Below, one piece after another: positions 25,651 to 39,008 of a DNA stretch of 64,000 bases. Each line of letters opens with the position of its first letter. Positions within the stretch are counted from its first letter, which is position 1. The notes beneath the pieces are model-generated. The model searched no databases, was not told the DNA's origin, and worked only from the letters and a program-made list of their open reading frames with translations. The position numbers were made by a program, and so were the translations under genes. This stretch comes from Flaccisagitta enflata (Eukaryota): positions 16,058,001 to 16,122,000 of the forward strand of contig OZ231126.1 in the NCBI GenBank assembly GCA_965153355.1, written 5' to 3'.

Positions 25651-26162
25651 TAGTTCTCTTTCTCAACAAGGGCTTCCACTTTTTCAAATGAGGCCAAGTA
25701 GGGGTCTGTAACTAATTCGATCCAAAGTTGACACATAATGTCAGGTGTCTGCATATCTATAGGCATGATAATAGTTTTAATTCTTTTTATTTCGTTAGGA
25801 CATATAGATAAGATTTTAATTTCAAATGGGAGGAAGATGCGGCGAAAGCAACCGAAAGAGAGGGGATGTTGAGAAATTCCTTCATGACTTTGAAAGGTGG
25901 ATTTAATCTTCTGATGGTTGGAGTGGTGGAGACGATACCAAAGCATTCGATGGCAGCGCAAAGAAAAGCCATCAACGATTGACGCATTCTTTGGGGAATT
26001 CAAAGTTACGTGCGTGGACTCTCTTTTCGTACTTTTTCAACGTCAAAGCATAATTCCAAGCAACAAAAAAAAATATGACAAAAATTCTTGTATTTGGATA
26101 TCTACTATTCCAATAAATGTTAGTGCTTACATATTTGATATTCAGCTAACTCTCCCATCCTA

Positions 26163-26751
26163 CAGGGTGTATCATGCCAAATTAGATATAAGAAAACGAT
26201 GGCATTCTGCTTCTAAAAGTGCAAAAATAATTTTGAAAAAAGATTCAAAGAGCACATGAGCTCCGGTTTTTTGTGTAAAAATCTCATGGGTCTGGGTCAA
26301 ATATTGTAGCCACAATATCAATTTGAAATAAATTGAGCATTTAGAGGAGAAGCACTCTGAACATGATTTTGATTTTAAAAGTTTTTCTTTGAATTGCTCT
26401 CATTTCTGAACGACTTAAGTTACAGATGCCAGATTGGTCCCAAATTAAAGCTTATCAAATTTTCTTTAATTTGAGACCAATCTGGCAAATGTGGCTCAAG
26501 CCATTTAGAAATGAGAGCAATTCAAAGAAAAACTTTCAGCATCACAATGATATCCAAAAAGCTTCTCCTCTAAATGCTCAGTTCACTTCAAATTAATGTT
26601 GTGGCAAGAATATTTGACCCAGACTCATGAAATTTTTACACAAAAAACCGGAGCTTGTATGCTCTTTGAATCTTTTTTCAGATCTATTTTTACACTTTTA
26701 GAAGCAGAATGCCATCATTTTCTTATATCTAATTTGGCATGATACACCCTG
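26163..26751. mobile_element. Fully palindromic ~590-bp foldback MITE with TA target
   Basis: TA-CAGGGTGTATCATGCCAAATTAGATATAAG ... CTTATATCTAATTTGGCATGATACACCCTG-TA; arms pair to a centre near 26457. Confidence 0.9.
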
Positions 26752-27541
26752 TAAATCCTTTTTACAACTAATATTGTTTTATTGTAATGTCATGGAAACA
26801 CGCTTGAGCACCTATGACAATGCCACTTTTAATCATATTGACAATCGATGGCTCTTGAACTAATGGACAATAACAGTTAGATTCATAAAAAAAATTGACA
26901 CCGTTTAATAGGATGATTACAATGTTTCATGTTCCTGGAAAAATCATTTATCACCAATCGACGCGAGAAAACATTTCTTTCTCTAATCAAAAGCGATTGT
27001 TTGAATAGACTATTCAGTGTTTGATGTTTTGCGTGTTTCGTTTTATGGTCACATCATTTTGCTAAATATCAGAATGAAAAATTATGGCTCCTGTCCCAGA
27101 CTTTTTAAAAAAAGTATTATTGATACGAAGGAATTCAACGAAAAAAAAGTTTGATATAGATTTCGATAGTCAAACAAGAGTTGACCGTTAATTTGGAAAA
27201 AGGTCGAAGAATACCTTTGGCTTTTTGAGACCTGTGGCGAAATTTCATTTTCCCTTTTTCTCGTGGGTGGTTTGAGAAAATTGATGTGTTTTTTTTTTGG
27301 CAAGACGAGCCTACACATGAAATTAACAGCTAAGAAACAGCTAATTTTTCCTCTTCAGATGGCGCCAAGCAGAATTCTGTGCAATTAATACTTTTAGAGT
27401 TATGGTTTTTTGAGGTTTTCTTTTTTCTTGAGTTTTTTTTATTTTTTGCATTTTCACCATTGATCATTTTTTTGCATTTTTATCATTGATCATTTTATCT
27501 TTGATCGAAATTTTGAGCCACATGTAACAAAAAAACATCAA

Positions 27542-28735
27542 TAACACCTGTCCGGATATTATTGTCCCAAAATCAAACAACTGTCAAATCAAAAAGGGGA
27601 TATTTAGCAACATGCAGATTTTTCCACCAGTTAGAGCTTGAAAAAATCTTCATTTTGCTCATGAATTTTGCCTGGATTGCTTCATACAAAATCGAATAAG
27701 ATAAAATAGTCGCAAAAGCGTTACATGGTCAGCGGTAGCCGATGCCCCTAAGTTAGTGTAAGTGGGAATGAGATTGTGAGAGGGGCAGCGGCCCCGGAGG
27801 GGCCGATGACCTATGATTCCACATAGGACAATTTTCTCCGGTTTGAGAGGCTGGTTTGGAGGGCTGAGAGGCCTGATTTTGGCTCTGAAAGGTCAGTTTT
27901 AGGGTGTAAGAGGCAAGGTTTGGGGTCTGAGAGGCTTGATTTGGGGTCTGAAAGGCCTTATTTGGGTCTGAGGGGTCTAATTTGGGGTCTGAAAGGCCTG
28001 ACATGGGGTCTGGGGCCTGATTTGGATCTGAGAGGCCTAATTTGGGGTCTGAGAAGCCTGATCTAGGGTTTGGGAGGCCTGATTTGGGGTCTAAGATGCC
28101 TGATTTGGGTTCTGGGAGGCCTGATTTGAGGTCTGAGAAGCCTGATTTGGGGTCAGAAAGGTCTGATTTGGAGTCGAAAAGGCCTGATTTGGGATCTGAG
28201 AGGCTTTGAGGCTTGGGGGAGGGGGGGACGGACGGACGGACGGACGGAAACCGGAGAAAATTGCCCTATATGGAATCATAGGTCATCGGCCCCTCCGGGG
28301 CCGCTGCCCAAAAGAGTAAAAACATTGCCCATGCAAATCGTTGCAAAATTACCAGAAAAATCTAATCAACTTCAGATACCTACCAAATCTATATAAAGAT
28401 AGATACTCAGATGCGGATTTCACAGCTAAAAAGCTTTTGAAAAGTTCTTCAATTTGCCCATGGATTTTGATGGATTTCCTAGAGGTAAACCCTTTAAAAA
28501 TTCAAACCAAAGCTATAGAAAAATTTATACCAGGGGGTTGCTGGCTAGTGGTCAAGGGATGATTAAGTTGATATGAAGCAACCAAAATGGGATTGAATAC
28601 AAAAAACAATATGAAACATACTAGGAAATACTCATCTGACATCCAATAACAGAGATTTATATTGTTCCCCACCAGCAATAGTGAGGCATCTAAAGTTGTG
28701 ACACTAGTGGGACAATAATATCCGGACAGGTGTTA
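27542..28735. mobile_element. Non-autonomous TIR element hosting a family-B insertion
   Basis: TAACACCTGTCCGGATATTATTGTCCCA ... TGGGACAATAATATCCGGACAGGTGTTA. Confidence 0.8.
27705..28314 (-). mobile_element. Family-B element with 21-bp internal repeats
   Basis: ~60-bp subterminal inverted repeat, (GACG)n microsatellite; closely similar to 61946-62502. Confidence 0.75.
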
Positions 28736-28837
28736 TGTTACCCACATTGATTTTTTACTTTTATTACGCTAGCTTTCAAGTCACTTGTATATTACCCTGC
28801 TTGCTTATCGTTCTTGATGATGAACAAGTGGCCTATA

Positions 28838-28889
<52 letters not shown>

Positions 28890-29244
28890 CTCTCTCTCAG
28901 CATAAATGACTTTTTTGCTACGGCGATTAGCCGTCTTTATTGGCATCATTCCTTGACCCTAGGTGGTAAAAATTCGAAAACGTTTTGCTTTAAAAAATAG
29001 TCAGCGATCGTTCTGGAAAAATAAAGACAACCATTGAGGTTCATTATATCGTTGGATTGTGGAGCTCATTAGACAGACTCGAAAAATGTTGGTAGTAAAA
29101 CTCCGTTGAAAAGGAAAAAGCCATTCATCTTCAAACGGGAAAACCAACAAGAAACATCCCTTCCATCGATCCACATCAGCCTGTCTTTCTTTTTTCCTGT
29201 CTCTGTCTGTCAGTCTTTTCTCTTTCTTTCTTTCTTTCTTTCGT

Positions 29245-29319
<75 letters not shown>

Positions 29320-30397
29320 CTCTCTCTCTCTCTCTCTCTGAACTTCTTTCTCGTTTCCTCATTTCCTCAGTTGGAAAACAAAACCCATGGTTTTTCTCAT
29401 TAATTTCCACGCAGGTGCCAAAATTCCGAACAAGACTCGTACTCGCGTCTCTTTAGTAAACTAGGAAGGTTGATATGTGGGTTCATGACTCATCTCTTTT
29501 TTCTTTTTTTTTTTTGCGATTTGAAAGGATTTATCCACTAAGGCCCTCTGTTTAATTTTCATATTCGCCTTTTCTTTCTATCACATTTTTCACTCTTTTA
29601 CGTGTTTTGATTTTTTGTTTTTTTCGTTTTATTTTTTCTTAAACATCACTGCCCTTATTTCCCCAATGGCGTCTCTCTTCTTTGTACCTGTCCACCTTAG
29701 CGTCGTGAGTAGGAAAGCCCTGTTGCCCGGGTACCCGGCCTTGTTTTGGCGAGCTTTAATACAATACAATACAATACGATACAAGGTTTATGCGATGTAA
29801 ACCCGTTAAAAGCTAAACTAAATGCTATAGTTAGACTATCCAGCCTAGCAACAGGCTGAATAAAATACAATTTTGTTTTTACCAAGGGATAAATGATGAT
29901 TGCACTGTGCTCTGTACATGGTAAACGCTTTCCACATGCTTCGAAATTCTTTTTATGGGTTTGAAAATGTCTTTCCTTGGAAGATTTTTTCAAAAGTCGC
30001 CGCTATTTTGAGGAAGCCGTTGCCTTTGGCCATCTTCACGGCTTTCTCATGGAATGTGGTTGACCTGAGAATTGTGACACTAAAAAATTGTTTTATTGTT
30101 TGACTGAAACAGCTAGTTACCAAGATAATCAAATGGCAGTTTTAGACCCGTTATCGCGTATGCTATAGGTGGGTTGAGTGGTTTAAGTGGCGTTAGGTGT
30201 GTTTTTTTCCCATTTGGGTAATATTTGATTTAATATGTAGGTAGGTTAAGTGGGATAAAGTAGTGTAAGTCGTTTTTTGCCCATCAGGGTGGGATTTGAT
30301 GGACTGGTTTGAGGTAAAAACTGTCGTTCACTGATGGACTATGGCTGCAACGGAACAAATGACCACAATAACAGGGTGATAAAGAATAAGGGCAGTA

Positions 30398-30456
<59 letters not shown>

Positions 30457-30541
30457 GGATAGATTGATTGATTGATTGATTAATTGATTGATTAATTGAT
30501 TGATTGATTGATTGATTGATAGATTGATTGATTGATTGATT
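30398..30541. repeat. (TTGA)n microsatellite
   Basis: Directly visible. Confidence 0.95.
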
Positions 30542-30698
30542 TATTAAAGTATCATAAATTACATATCATTATCTTTAATACATCTTTACTATATCTTTAC
30601 TACATAGCACTATCTTTAAGATCTTCCGTATAGCGTAAGATGATGGATAAAACTTTGTGGATTAAACATTTGCTCAACCGAATTTCGAATATTTCTGA

Positions 30699-32089
30699 TT
30701 ACCTGGTAATGAATATCAGCGGTGTTGTGATGAGTCTGAATCGTAAAACTGAGACAACCCAAACAGTATATCCATTGAATGGGAAGAACCCAGTTCGTTT
30801 TAGCAAGAAGATGATCAACAAGGGAATCTAACAAATAAAAGGCAATTATCCTCGGTATAATTTCGTTTCATTCTTTGCGTCAGCGGACTGATTTAGGCCT
30901 TTTATGATAACAACACATTTTGTGCACTTGTTCGTTGTCCATCTATGCACGCATCCATTTCATAGTCCAACTAGTCATTAGTTCTTATACCTATCCATCA
31001 TCTCACATAAATCCCTTGTTTACCTGGAGACATGAGGTTGACAAAAAGCTCAAACTCGCGGTTACCATGGATTTTTTGCCAATGTCAACCACATGGGACA
31101 ATTCCGAGTTGACGGCCCCATGACGAGTCACTTGGCGAAAGGTGTAACAACTCGTAGCGACGGTGACTACTAGAGTCACCACGAAAGAGGCGACGTATTG
31201 AATGGCAACCGGCAGTAAAAATTCACTCCTCTTGAATTTCAACAAGTCTTCCAAATCCAAGAAAATGCCAATTTTCGTGGCGGTGTAGAGAGGGACAGTG
31301 GCTTCGATGATGCAAATGACGATCATCGCAACGCAAAGGGACAGACGGTCAACGTCCAGGTCTCTCCGACCAATCCATGCGGAGAGACATCGCTGAATCT
31401 GATCGTGAAAAATAAAGAGTTTTGATTCAACCAAAGGCCTAAAAAACTGCGAAATTGGCACTATGATGATGGCAATTACCGTATTTCCTCTAAATAGGTA
31501 TTCTCTTTGGTTATTTTTTGTTTTTGTTTTTTTTTAAATCAGGTTTCTATGGAGGGGCGCTAATTAGAGGGTAGAAAAGGCAATTTCATTTTTCAATTTT
31601 GTAAGCGCCCCGGGCGCTAACAAGAGGAAATACGGTGAGTCATGTATAGTCATTGCAAGTTTTTGATCAAAAGTATTTCGCTTACATACATCTCAGCGAC
31701 CGCACTAAAATTAGTTTTGAAACAAACGTTCCCTGCAGGTATACGCCAAAAGTAATTACGTTTATCATTCTGATGATAGCAATAAGATTGGTCATCAAGT
31801 CCTCCATGGTGATGTTGATGAGGGCCATGAAAAAAGAGCTCAATAAGATTTGGAGTCCTGTCGTCAAACTCTCGAGAATGACGATCCTGAACGCGATGAC
31901 GCAAATTGGACCAACGAGACTCTCGATGCAATCGAAAAACGCCAACTGCATCTGGAAGGCATCGAGCAGCTTCCTGTGTGCATCTCCGATCAAGACCAAG
32001 AAGATGAAACCGTTGAGCAGAACGCCAAAGAAAGATATGCAGGCGTGAATGGCGATCCCGACATAGTCTAGCCAAATCAAACGCCCCAT
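30699..32089 (-). CDS. Divergent class A (rhodopsin-like) 7TM receptor; exons 32089-31686, 31438-31024, 30827-30699 (~315 aa)
   Basis: GT-AG splicing gives one frame with TM1 GVLLN, TM2 QLAFFD, TM3 IAIIR, TM5 VTLVVTVATSCY, TM6 CLQIP and TM7 TTPLIF. The first intron's acceptor and both termini are uncertain. Confidence 0.65.
31479..31635. mobile_element. pogo-like MITE in GPCR intron 1
   Basis: TA-CCGTATTTCCTCT ... AGAGGAAATACGG-TG. Confidence 0.7.
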
Positions 32090-33469
32090 GTCAAGAAGAG
32101 CCAATTCTGAATTTCATTTTTGGGGTGGCAAAAAAACAAAAAAAGAAAAGAATTGTTGTAGCCTTTAGCTTTGCTATGCTAGCGTCCTAACTTCGCGAGC
32201 GATTGAGATGCACAAAGAGTCAAAGCAAGTTATGTATGTGTAGTTCAAGTTTGGAAACTATCAAGGTCATCCGTTAAGTGCAATGATTCCACCAAGGATG
32301 TTTTGTGACAGGGGGTCCGAGTCATCGGCGGATCTTTGTCATAAGTGTTCTTTTGTTGACCTTCCTTCAGTTAGGGGGGGTCATACAGGGTTGATTTTGG
32401 AAATTCCTTATGGAACTCTGGAATCTGGGGGTTGGTTTTGTGTAGAAAAGGTTAGAAAATTTTTTGGGTATCTCCCTTTTAAGGAAAAATATTCCATTTT
32501 TGATAAAAAATGAGGTATGCGATAGGCGAAAATTGAAAAAAATCGCGAAAATTGACAAGAAAGAGGCCATTGGTAGTAGCCATCAGGACACTACAAAACA
32601 TTCATTTCTGGTTTAGATGATGTATTTTTGCCTTACCCTTACCATTTATGGTAATAATTAGGCTTTTTATGCAAGATTTTTCTCATTTTCAGAGCTTTAC
32701 ACATAATGCCGTTGAGCCAATAATAAGCAGAAATCAAAGAAATTGCAGAAATCTTTAAAAATGGATAAAATCGTTCAGCCTGTTGTGTGATAGAAAAAAT
32801 TGTTCCTGATTATTCTGAAGATGTTTGTTTGAATCAGTATTCTTGTTATTCTAAGATTCCTTTCCCTTGTATGTTAAAAAAAAACATTTTTTATCCATAG
32901 AATATTTGCAAAAAAAGGCGAAAATGGGCAAAATCAAAAAAAATTGCAAAAATCAGTGCTCAAGCTTCTTCCTCCAGGACTTGCAACCTGGCATGGGTGT
33001 TTTACTTAATTTTTTTCTGTTTTTTTCAGAGTTTATTTGTTTTTTTTCTTCTTTCAAATCAATGTTAACACCTACACAAATATGGGTAGGGCTTCATGGT
33101 CAAACTAGAAACCAGTTTGACGAAATCTTTAACCACTAAGGCAATTCCATCAAAAGCGGACAAAAATGTAAAATCACCTTTAAAGCACCTAGAGTACCCT
33201 TAAATGCACAATTAGGTGATGAGGTAAAAATGTAAACCACTAAGGCAAAAATAAATAGTAATAAACATTGAACAATTTAAATTGAAAATTAGATTGAAAA
33301 GAAATTGTAAAGATTAATATTTGAGCGCGTTCTGTGCTAGATCACCAAGACCTCAGTAACAAGTCATAAAGAAAATAAAATGCAATCAAGGTAAAAAAGT
33401 AAATGAGCAGGATTTGTGCAAAATCACCAAGACCTCATTTACTATTTTCAATAATCTCATTCATCATTC

Positions 33470-33930
33470 TAAGATGAAACCTTCCCTAGCTTCTTGTCCA
33501 ACCTCAGAGACAGATGATGGCCCTTTCCACTGCACTGTGTGTGGCATGGGTAATGAGGTATTTCTCTTTGATGGCAAGTAGTTCAGCTTCCTTGAAGTCC
33601 AAAGTGAAAGGTGGCTCTGTCAACTTGACTGATTACCAGTCAACCTTTGAAGCAGCTTTGAACTTTGGTCCACAACACCAGTGCAGTCAAAGACATTTTT
33701 CAGCAGGGTTTATCTTGCAGCAACAGAGGAAAGGGGGGGTCAACTTTTGTGCCAAAGAGGGCAAAAATCCTCCAAATGCACCTCATGCAGTCAAAGTGGA
33801 GACAGACTCCAACCAAACTCCTTGAGCTGGGATATCAATTTTTTGGTAACTGTTTCTGTGAAACCATTTATGGCATGGGGGTGTGATCACAATCATGCTG
33901 GTCTGGGCAAATTCCAACCCATTTCTTGAC
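33470..33930 (-). pseudogene. Transposase C-terminal remnant
   Basis: Frameshifted VDW..TEPPFT..PCHTQ..VERA..G.EAREGFI, a motif string recalled from hAT-related invertebrate transposases. Lies in a TTAA-bounded segment 33133-34270. Confidence 0.45.
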
Positions 33931-34272
33931 TAGCTCTTTGAAAGAGCATTAAAAGTCAAGAAAGTCATAAGTCATAAGATTGAACGTTTTGATTTTTTTA
34001 CGTAATTTGTCTTTTTTATCACCTTGTTTTAGTGTTACGATTTTAAACTGTAATTCTATAAAAGGAAATTTCAAATGTTCTGATCCTGGTGACTCATATG
34101 TTCTTTTGCATAACTAATGGATTTTTAAATACTTTTACTCAATAAATAAGGTTTTGGTGAGCTGAAACAGCTCCCGCTCAGTCATTACGTTGTTTTTGTT
34201 TAGATTGTTTTTATTTGAAATGTGCCCATTTATTCATGTTTGCTTCTTCATTTGCTCAAGTCTTAAGTGGTT

Positions 34273-34585
34273 AACAGGTCGCCCCAGGGCTATATGTGGT
34301 CAGCGATACCCGTTGCCCTGCTTTGCATGGTTGTGAATCGGAATGAGAGGAAGCAAGGAAGCGGCACTGAAAGGGATGAAGTCCTGTAGAACACAGGGGG
34401 ACTTTTGTTTGTTTGTTGTTTGTCTGTCCATCCATCAGTCCCCCTCAGGCCCTCTCAGGCCTTAAATCGCCTAAGAGGGCCTGGGGGGGACAAACAGATG
34501 GAAGGACGAACGAACAAACAAGTAAACAAAAGTCCCCACATGTTCTACAGGACTTCATCTCATTTGGGGTGGCTGCCCAAAAAAC
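34273..34585 (-). mobile_element. Family-B element (short)
   Basis: CAGGTCGCCCCAGGGC..TGGTCAGCGATACCCG start, as at 21472; ends GGCTGCCCAAAAA. Confidence 0.7.
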
Positions 34586-34881
34586 AGCCATTTCATCGAA
34601 CTGGTTTCTAGTTTGACCATGAAGCCCTACCTATATTCCTGTAGGTGCAAATATGATTTGAAAATAAAAAACAAAACAAATAAACTCTGAAAAAAAAACA
34701 GAAAACACTAAGGTAAAAGACCCATGCCAGGTCCTGGAGGAAGAAGCTTGAGCACTGATTTTTGCAATTTTTATTGATTTTGCTTATTTTCGTCTTTTTT
34801 TGCAATTATTGTATGGATAAAAAATGTTAACATGCAAGGGAAAGGAATCTAAGAATAACAAGAACACTTATTTTTAGAATA

Positions 34882-35498
34882 CTATCTTGCTAATATGTAT
34901 ATCGACAAGCAAAATGGAACAAAACTACCAAAAAAATGATGCAAACATAGGAAAATTGGTGACGCCTGGAAACTTCATCGAATTTCCAATTGAATGGCGC
35001 AAATCGCATTGTTCTAAGTTTATTTGTTTAGAAATGACAAGCAAAACAAAGTTACTACTCAAAGTGGAAAATGGCGAAAAAATTGCATTTTAGAATTTTG
35101 TAAATTGTTGAGGACACCAATTGAGAAGAGTGATGCTCTGGCGCACCACACCCTGACAATGAAGCATTCACTATGGCGTCAAGTTGTTTCCGGGTTGGCC
35201 TGGAAACAGTCTAGACCTCAGTGATGAATTTTTGTGAATTAATATCAAGGAGCTGCATGATTATAAATGCGCCATATCGAAGGCCAAGCTGAAAAGTATC
35301 GCTCTCTAGATGTGGGAGAACACCACGCCATCATACCTTCAATTGCTTTACAAAAGCATACCAATGGGCATGAAAGCTTAAGATGATGCCTAAGAAGGTC
35401 ACACAAAGTGTAAGTCGTATTTTACAAATGTTATATAAATTAATTGATAAAAGATTGAACTGTATTGTATCTTGTCGATATACTTTTTAGCAAGATAG
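34882..35498. mobile_element. TA-target MITE inside the right TIR
   Basis: TA-CTATCTTGCTAATATGTATATCGACAAG ... CTTGTCGATATACTTTTTAGCAAGATAG-TA; absent from the left TIR. Confidence 0.8.
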
Positions 35499-36039
35499 TA
35501 ATCCGGATCAATTTTTTCTATCACACAACAGATTTCTATAATTTCTTTGATTTTTGCTTATATTTGGCTTAACGGCATTATGTATGAAGCTCTGAAAATG
35601 AGAAAAATTTTGCATTAAAAGCCTAAACTTTACCATAATTGGTAAGGGTAAGGCACAAATACATCATCTAAACCAAAAATGAATGTTTTGTATTGTCCTG
35701 ATAGCTACTACCAATGGCCTCTATCTTGGCAATTTTTCGCAATTTTTGCGATTTTCGCGATTTTCGCCTATCGGATACCTCATTTTTTATCAAAAATGGA
35801 TTATTTTTCCTCAAAAGGAAGATACCCAAATTTTTTTCTTACCTTTTCTACACACAATCAACCCCCAGATTCCAGAGTTCCATAAGGAATTTCCAAAATC
35901 AACCCTGTATGACCCCCTCTAAATATAGATTCACCCATTTTTTCATTTTGCTTTTCTTGAAATATCTCCGATATTGCTAGCTAGTTGCTTTTATGCCTTA
36001 TTTCTCCAGTTTTGGAATATTTACACAAATTTAAGGGAT

Positions 36040-36520
36040 ATTTGCGACCTTTGATCCCATTTTTTACCTACTTCTTATAATCAACTGAAAAACAAAGAAG
36101 AATTTATATTTGGTTCTTTTTTAAAGAAATCCAAATCTGCAGTCAGAATTGTATTTTTCAAATTTTGAAACTTTTTCCCAAAAATGGTTTAAAGGGTCTA
36201 TTTTGGGGTCATTTATGACTTTTGACCCCAATTTTGCCCCACTAACAATAAAAAGTGTAAAAAAGAAAAGTAGATTCTTCAGCTACTTTTTTAAGAAGAA
36301 TTCAAATCTGCTTTCAAAATAGCGAAATTCCTATTTTGAAATTTTTACCAAAAATATGGTTCGAAGGTTCAATTTGGGGGTCTTTTATGACCTTTGACCC
36401 CCTTTTTGACCTACTTAAAATAAAAAAATGTAAAAAAGAAAAGTAGATTCTTCAGCTACTTTTTTGAGGAGAATCCAAATCTGCTTTCAGAATAGAAAAA
36501 TTCCCATTTTGAAATTTTGA
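36040..36520. repeat. ~172-bp tandem repeat, about 3 copies
   Basis: GACCTTTGA(T/C)CCC...CCAAATCTGC-type motif recurs at ~36046, 36218 and 36389. Confidence 0.7.
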
Positions 36521-36882
36521 CCCCCTATAGGGGGTCTCCTTGTGACCCCTTGACCTTTGACCTCCGTGGTGGAATCATCCCCGACCTTATTTTGACCTTC
36601 CAAAAGTGTAAGATGGAAGGTAAGGACCTTATCTCTAATGTATTTCTTGTGCATGAGTCAACTCCAAAAAAAATGCCTGAAGTTAGGACCCTAGCTATGC
36701 GTGAGAATTTTTGTCATAATTTGAATGAACGCAGTTTAAAAAAAAAATTCACCAAAGTGTTATACCGCTTTTACTTGATAATGTTCACTTTATATGAGTC
36801 TCCAGTAATATACAATATAGTTGAATGTGGGTCACAAATTTAGCTTGGTGCAAATGATAACTAAATTATATTGTTGTTATAT

Positions 36883-37110
36883 TCTTAGTCGCGTGCATGT
36901 GACTCTATGACCCGCACTGTCCGTCTGTTGGTCAGTCTGTCTGTCTGTCTGTTGGTAATGCTCAACCTTTATTCGTTGTTTTACATCATTAAAAATGATT
37001 TTAGGTCAATTTACATTTAGTCTCTTAGTCTTTTGGTTTTTTAGTCTTTTAGTTTTTTGGTCTTTTCGTCTTAACAACCGCACGCGACTGTAAGGTGATG
37101 GCCTTATTTT
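36883..37110 (+). mobile_element. Family-A element (partial mirror copy at 58305-58400)
   Basis: TTAGTCGCGTGCATGTGACTCTA, (GTCT)n, CGCACGCGACT. Confidence 0.65.
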
Positions 37111-37885
37111 TTGAACGTTTTGGCTGTGATCTTAAAGTCATAACTCACCAAAAGTGCTGAGTGAACCATTCATGTATTGATTGTCAATTCCATAGGCGGA
37201 TTCATTGGTATTCATGGTGCTGCTTTAGAATCTCTAGCTTTTAACATGAAGCGTTGTTTCCTTCTCTATTTAGAGGAAGCGACGCGTGGGGATTTGTACG
37301 TCAATGTTCGGTAAATTTCGTTCGAACGCATCAGAAGCAAAATCTAGTTCGTTTTTGGACAGCAGCCAAAATGTGACTACATTACTATACAATATTTTCA
37401 CCATCCACTTATTATTGGTGTGAAGTTTTCACTAAGAACTACATCAACACCCTACTGTGTCTGTCTGTTGCTAACCTTCAGGTCAGTTATACAATTACGC
37501 TTCTCTGCAACCTTCAATCTCCACTAAGGACCCAAGCTCAGCTCAGCTCTGAAAAGTCAATACCAGGTCAACTGGATGTTTATTTTACTTTGGAGATATA
37601 TATTCATGAATTAAGAAACCGAACTAGATACCTTGAACCTACGTCTTGTTTTGGCTGAGGGTTTCACTGAGCATCTTGCGTATGACAAGCACAATCAGAA
37701 TCGATCCACTTTCTCAATTTGTTTGGAAAAGTTCCTATGATTAAAGATGTTATCACAATCGTCCAGATGACAAAACCGTATGGATACAGTGGACGCCAAT
37801 GCAGATTTCCCAGTCAAATCTTGAACTCAGCTTTGCTTCTCTCTCAGACATCACAGAGACTCTGTGCAGTGTACAGACAAAGTTA

Positions 37886-38092
37886 AAAAACAAGGCCGGA
37901 TAAACGGCTACCCCAGTCGCGTGCGGGTGGGCAGGGGCCGTAGTTGAGGTCACCAGATCATTTGGACAGGAGCGGTGATGCCAAAAACCCCAAAAACCAA
38001 AAAAAACGTAATGTGTGACGGACAGACCAACGGAGAGACCGACGGACGGACCAACAAAGCGGAGTGTAGAGTCGCGTAGCACGCGACTAAAA
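37886..38092 (-). mobile_element. Family-A element (mirror copy at 56783-56988)
   Basis: AGAGTCGCGTAGCACGCGACTAAAA end and AACAAGGCCGGATA start. Confidence 0.75.
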
Positions 38093-38928
38093 TGTCACCA
38101 AGGTTACCAGCCTACTAGTCAACGCCTTGTAATTGTGACTGTAGTGAATTTACACAAATATCGAGAGCCATGGAAGACTAAATCAAAGCTTTAAGGTCTA
38201 CTTTGGTTTGTGGACCTTTGGCACCACTCTTTGCCCAGTTGCCCAAATCAACGCCTAGAGGCTCGGTGTTCATCCTGTTCATCCTAAGGCAAGAAAGTTG
38301 ATGGATGGGGGGGGGGACTGACATATGCAAATCCATACCAGTGACCCACCGCTCTTTAGGGCTGCTGACCAAAGTCATGGGAGGCAAAAGGAATTCAGAT
38401 CAGAGCGATTTGTCGACAAGAACTTGAAGAAGTCAAAAGAAAAAAAACACTAATGATGCTGAAGTGATTTATAATGTTTCGACTGCTCAGATAAAAGATA
38501 TTTCCATTCTTCTTACTCTGATGTGGCATCACTGTATTAGATGCCGTAAGCGTCATCCTATCACATGAAGCACAGCCGCTTGTACGTTCATAAAGGTTGC
38601 TGCCACTTGAAATCAAATCATAGTTGTCAACACCTGCACCGATTATAGAAATCGTTAATTCGGCTTTTGGATTAGTGATCTTTGTCTTGTGCACTCGGCT
38701 CGACGGTCCAGCTTGGATTGATCGATCAATACCGGAAAAAAAAAAGAAAATATGGATTGGTCTCTTTCTTTCTTTCTTTCTTTCTTCCTTTCTTTCTTTC
38801 TTTGTTTCCTTTCTTTCTTTTCTTTCTTTTCTTTCTTTGTCTCTTCCTTCTTTTCGTATTTCTTACTTTCTTTGTCTCTCTTTCGTTCTTTCATTCTTTG
38901 TAGTTCGTTCTTTCGTTCTTTCTTTCTC

Positions 38929-39008
<80 letters not shown>

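Larger units (their letters stand above)
32372..35921. mobile_element. Nested long-TIR (~750 bp) foldback DNA transposon
   Basis: 32372-33125 is the reverse complement of 34590-35921, apart from a MITE insertion in the right arm. No TSD found. Confidence 0.8.
32180..36693. mobile_element. hAT-like outer element with 7-bp target duplication GCTATGC
   Basis: GCTATGC-TAGCGTCCTAACTTC ... GAAGTTAGGACCCTA-GCTATGC; subterminal ATGATTCCACC/GGTGGAATCAT also inverted. Confidence 0.7.

Noticed and set aside
25787-25990. Possible last GPCR exon (MRQSLMAFLC, helix-8-like)
   Set aside because: Phase-compatible, but the acceptor is weak, it lies 4.7 kb away and the spacing from TM7 is too short.
33133-34270. 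piggyBac classification of the TTAA-bounded segment
   Set aside because: Terminal match is only ~5-8 bp and the remnant motifs are not piggyBac-like.
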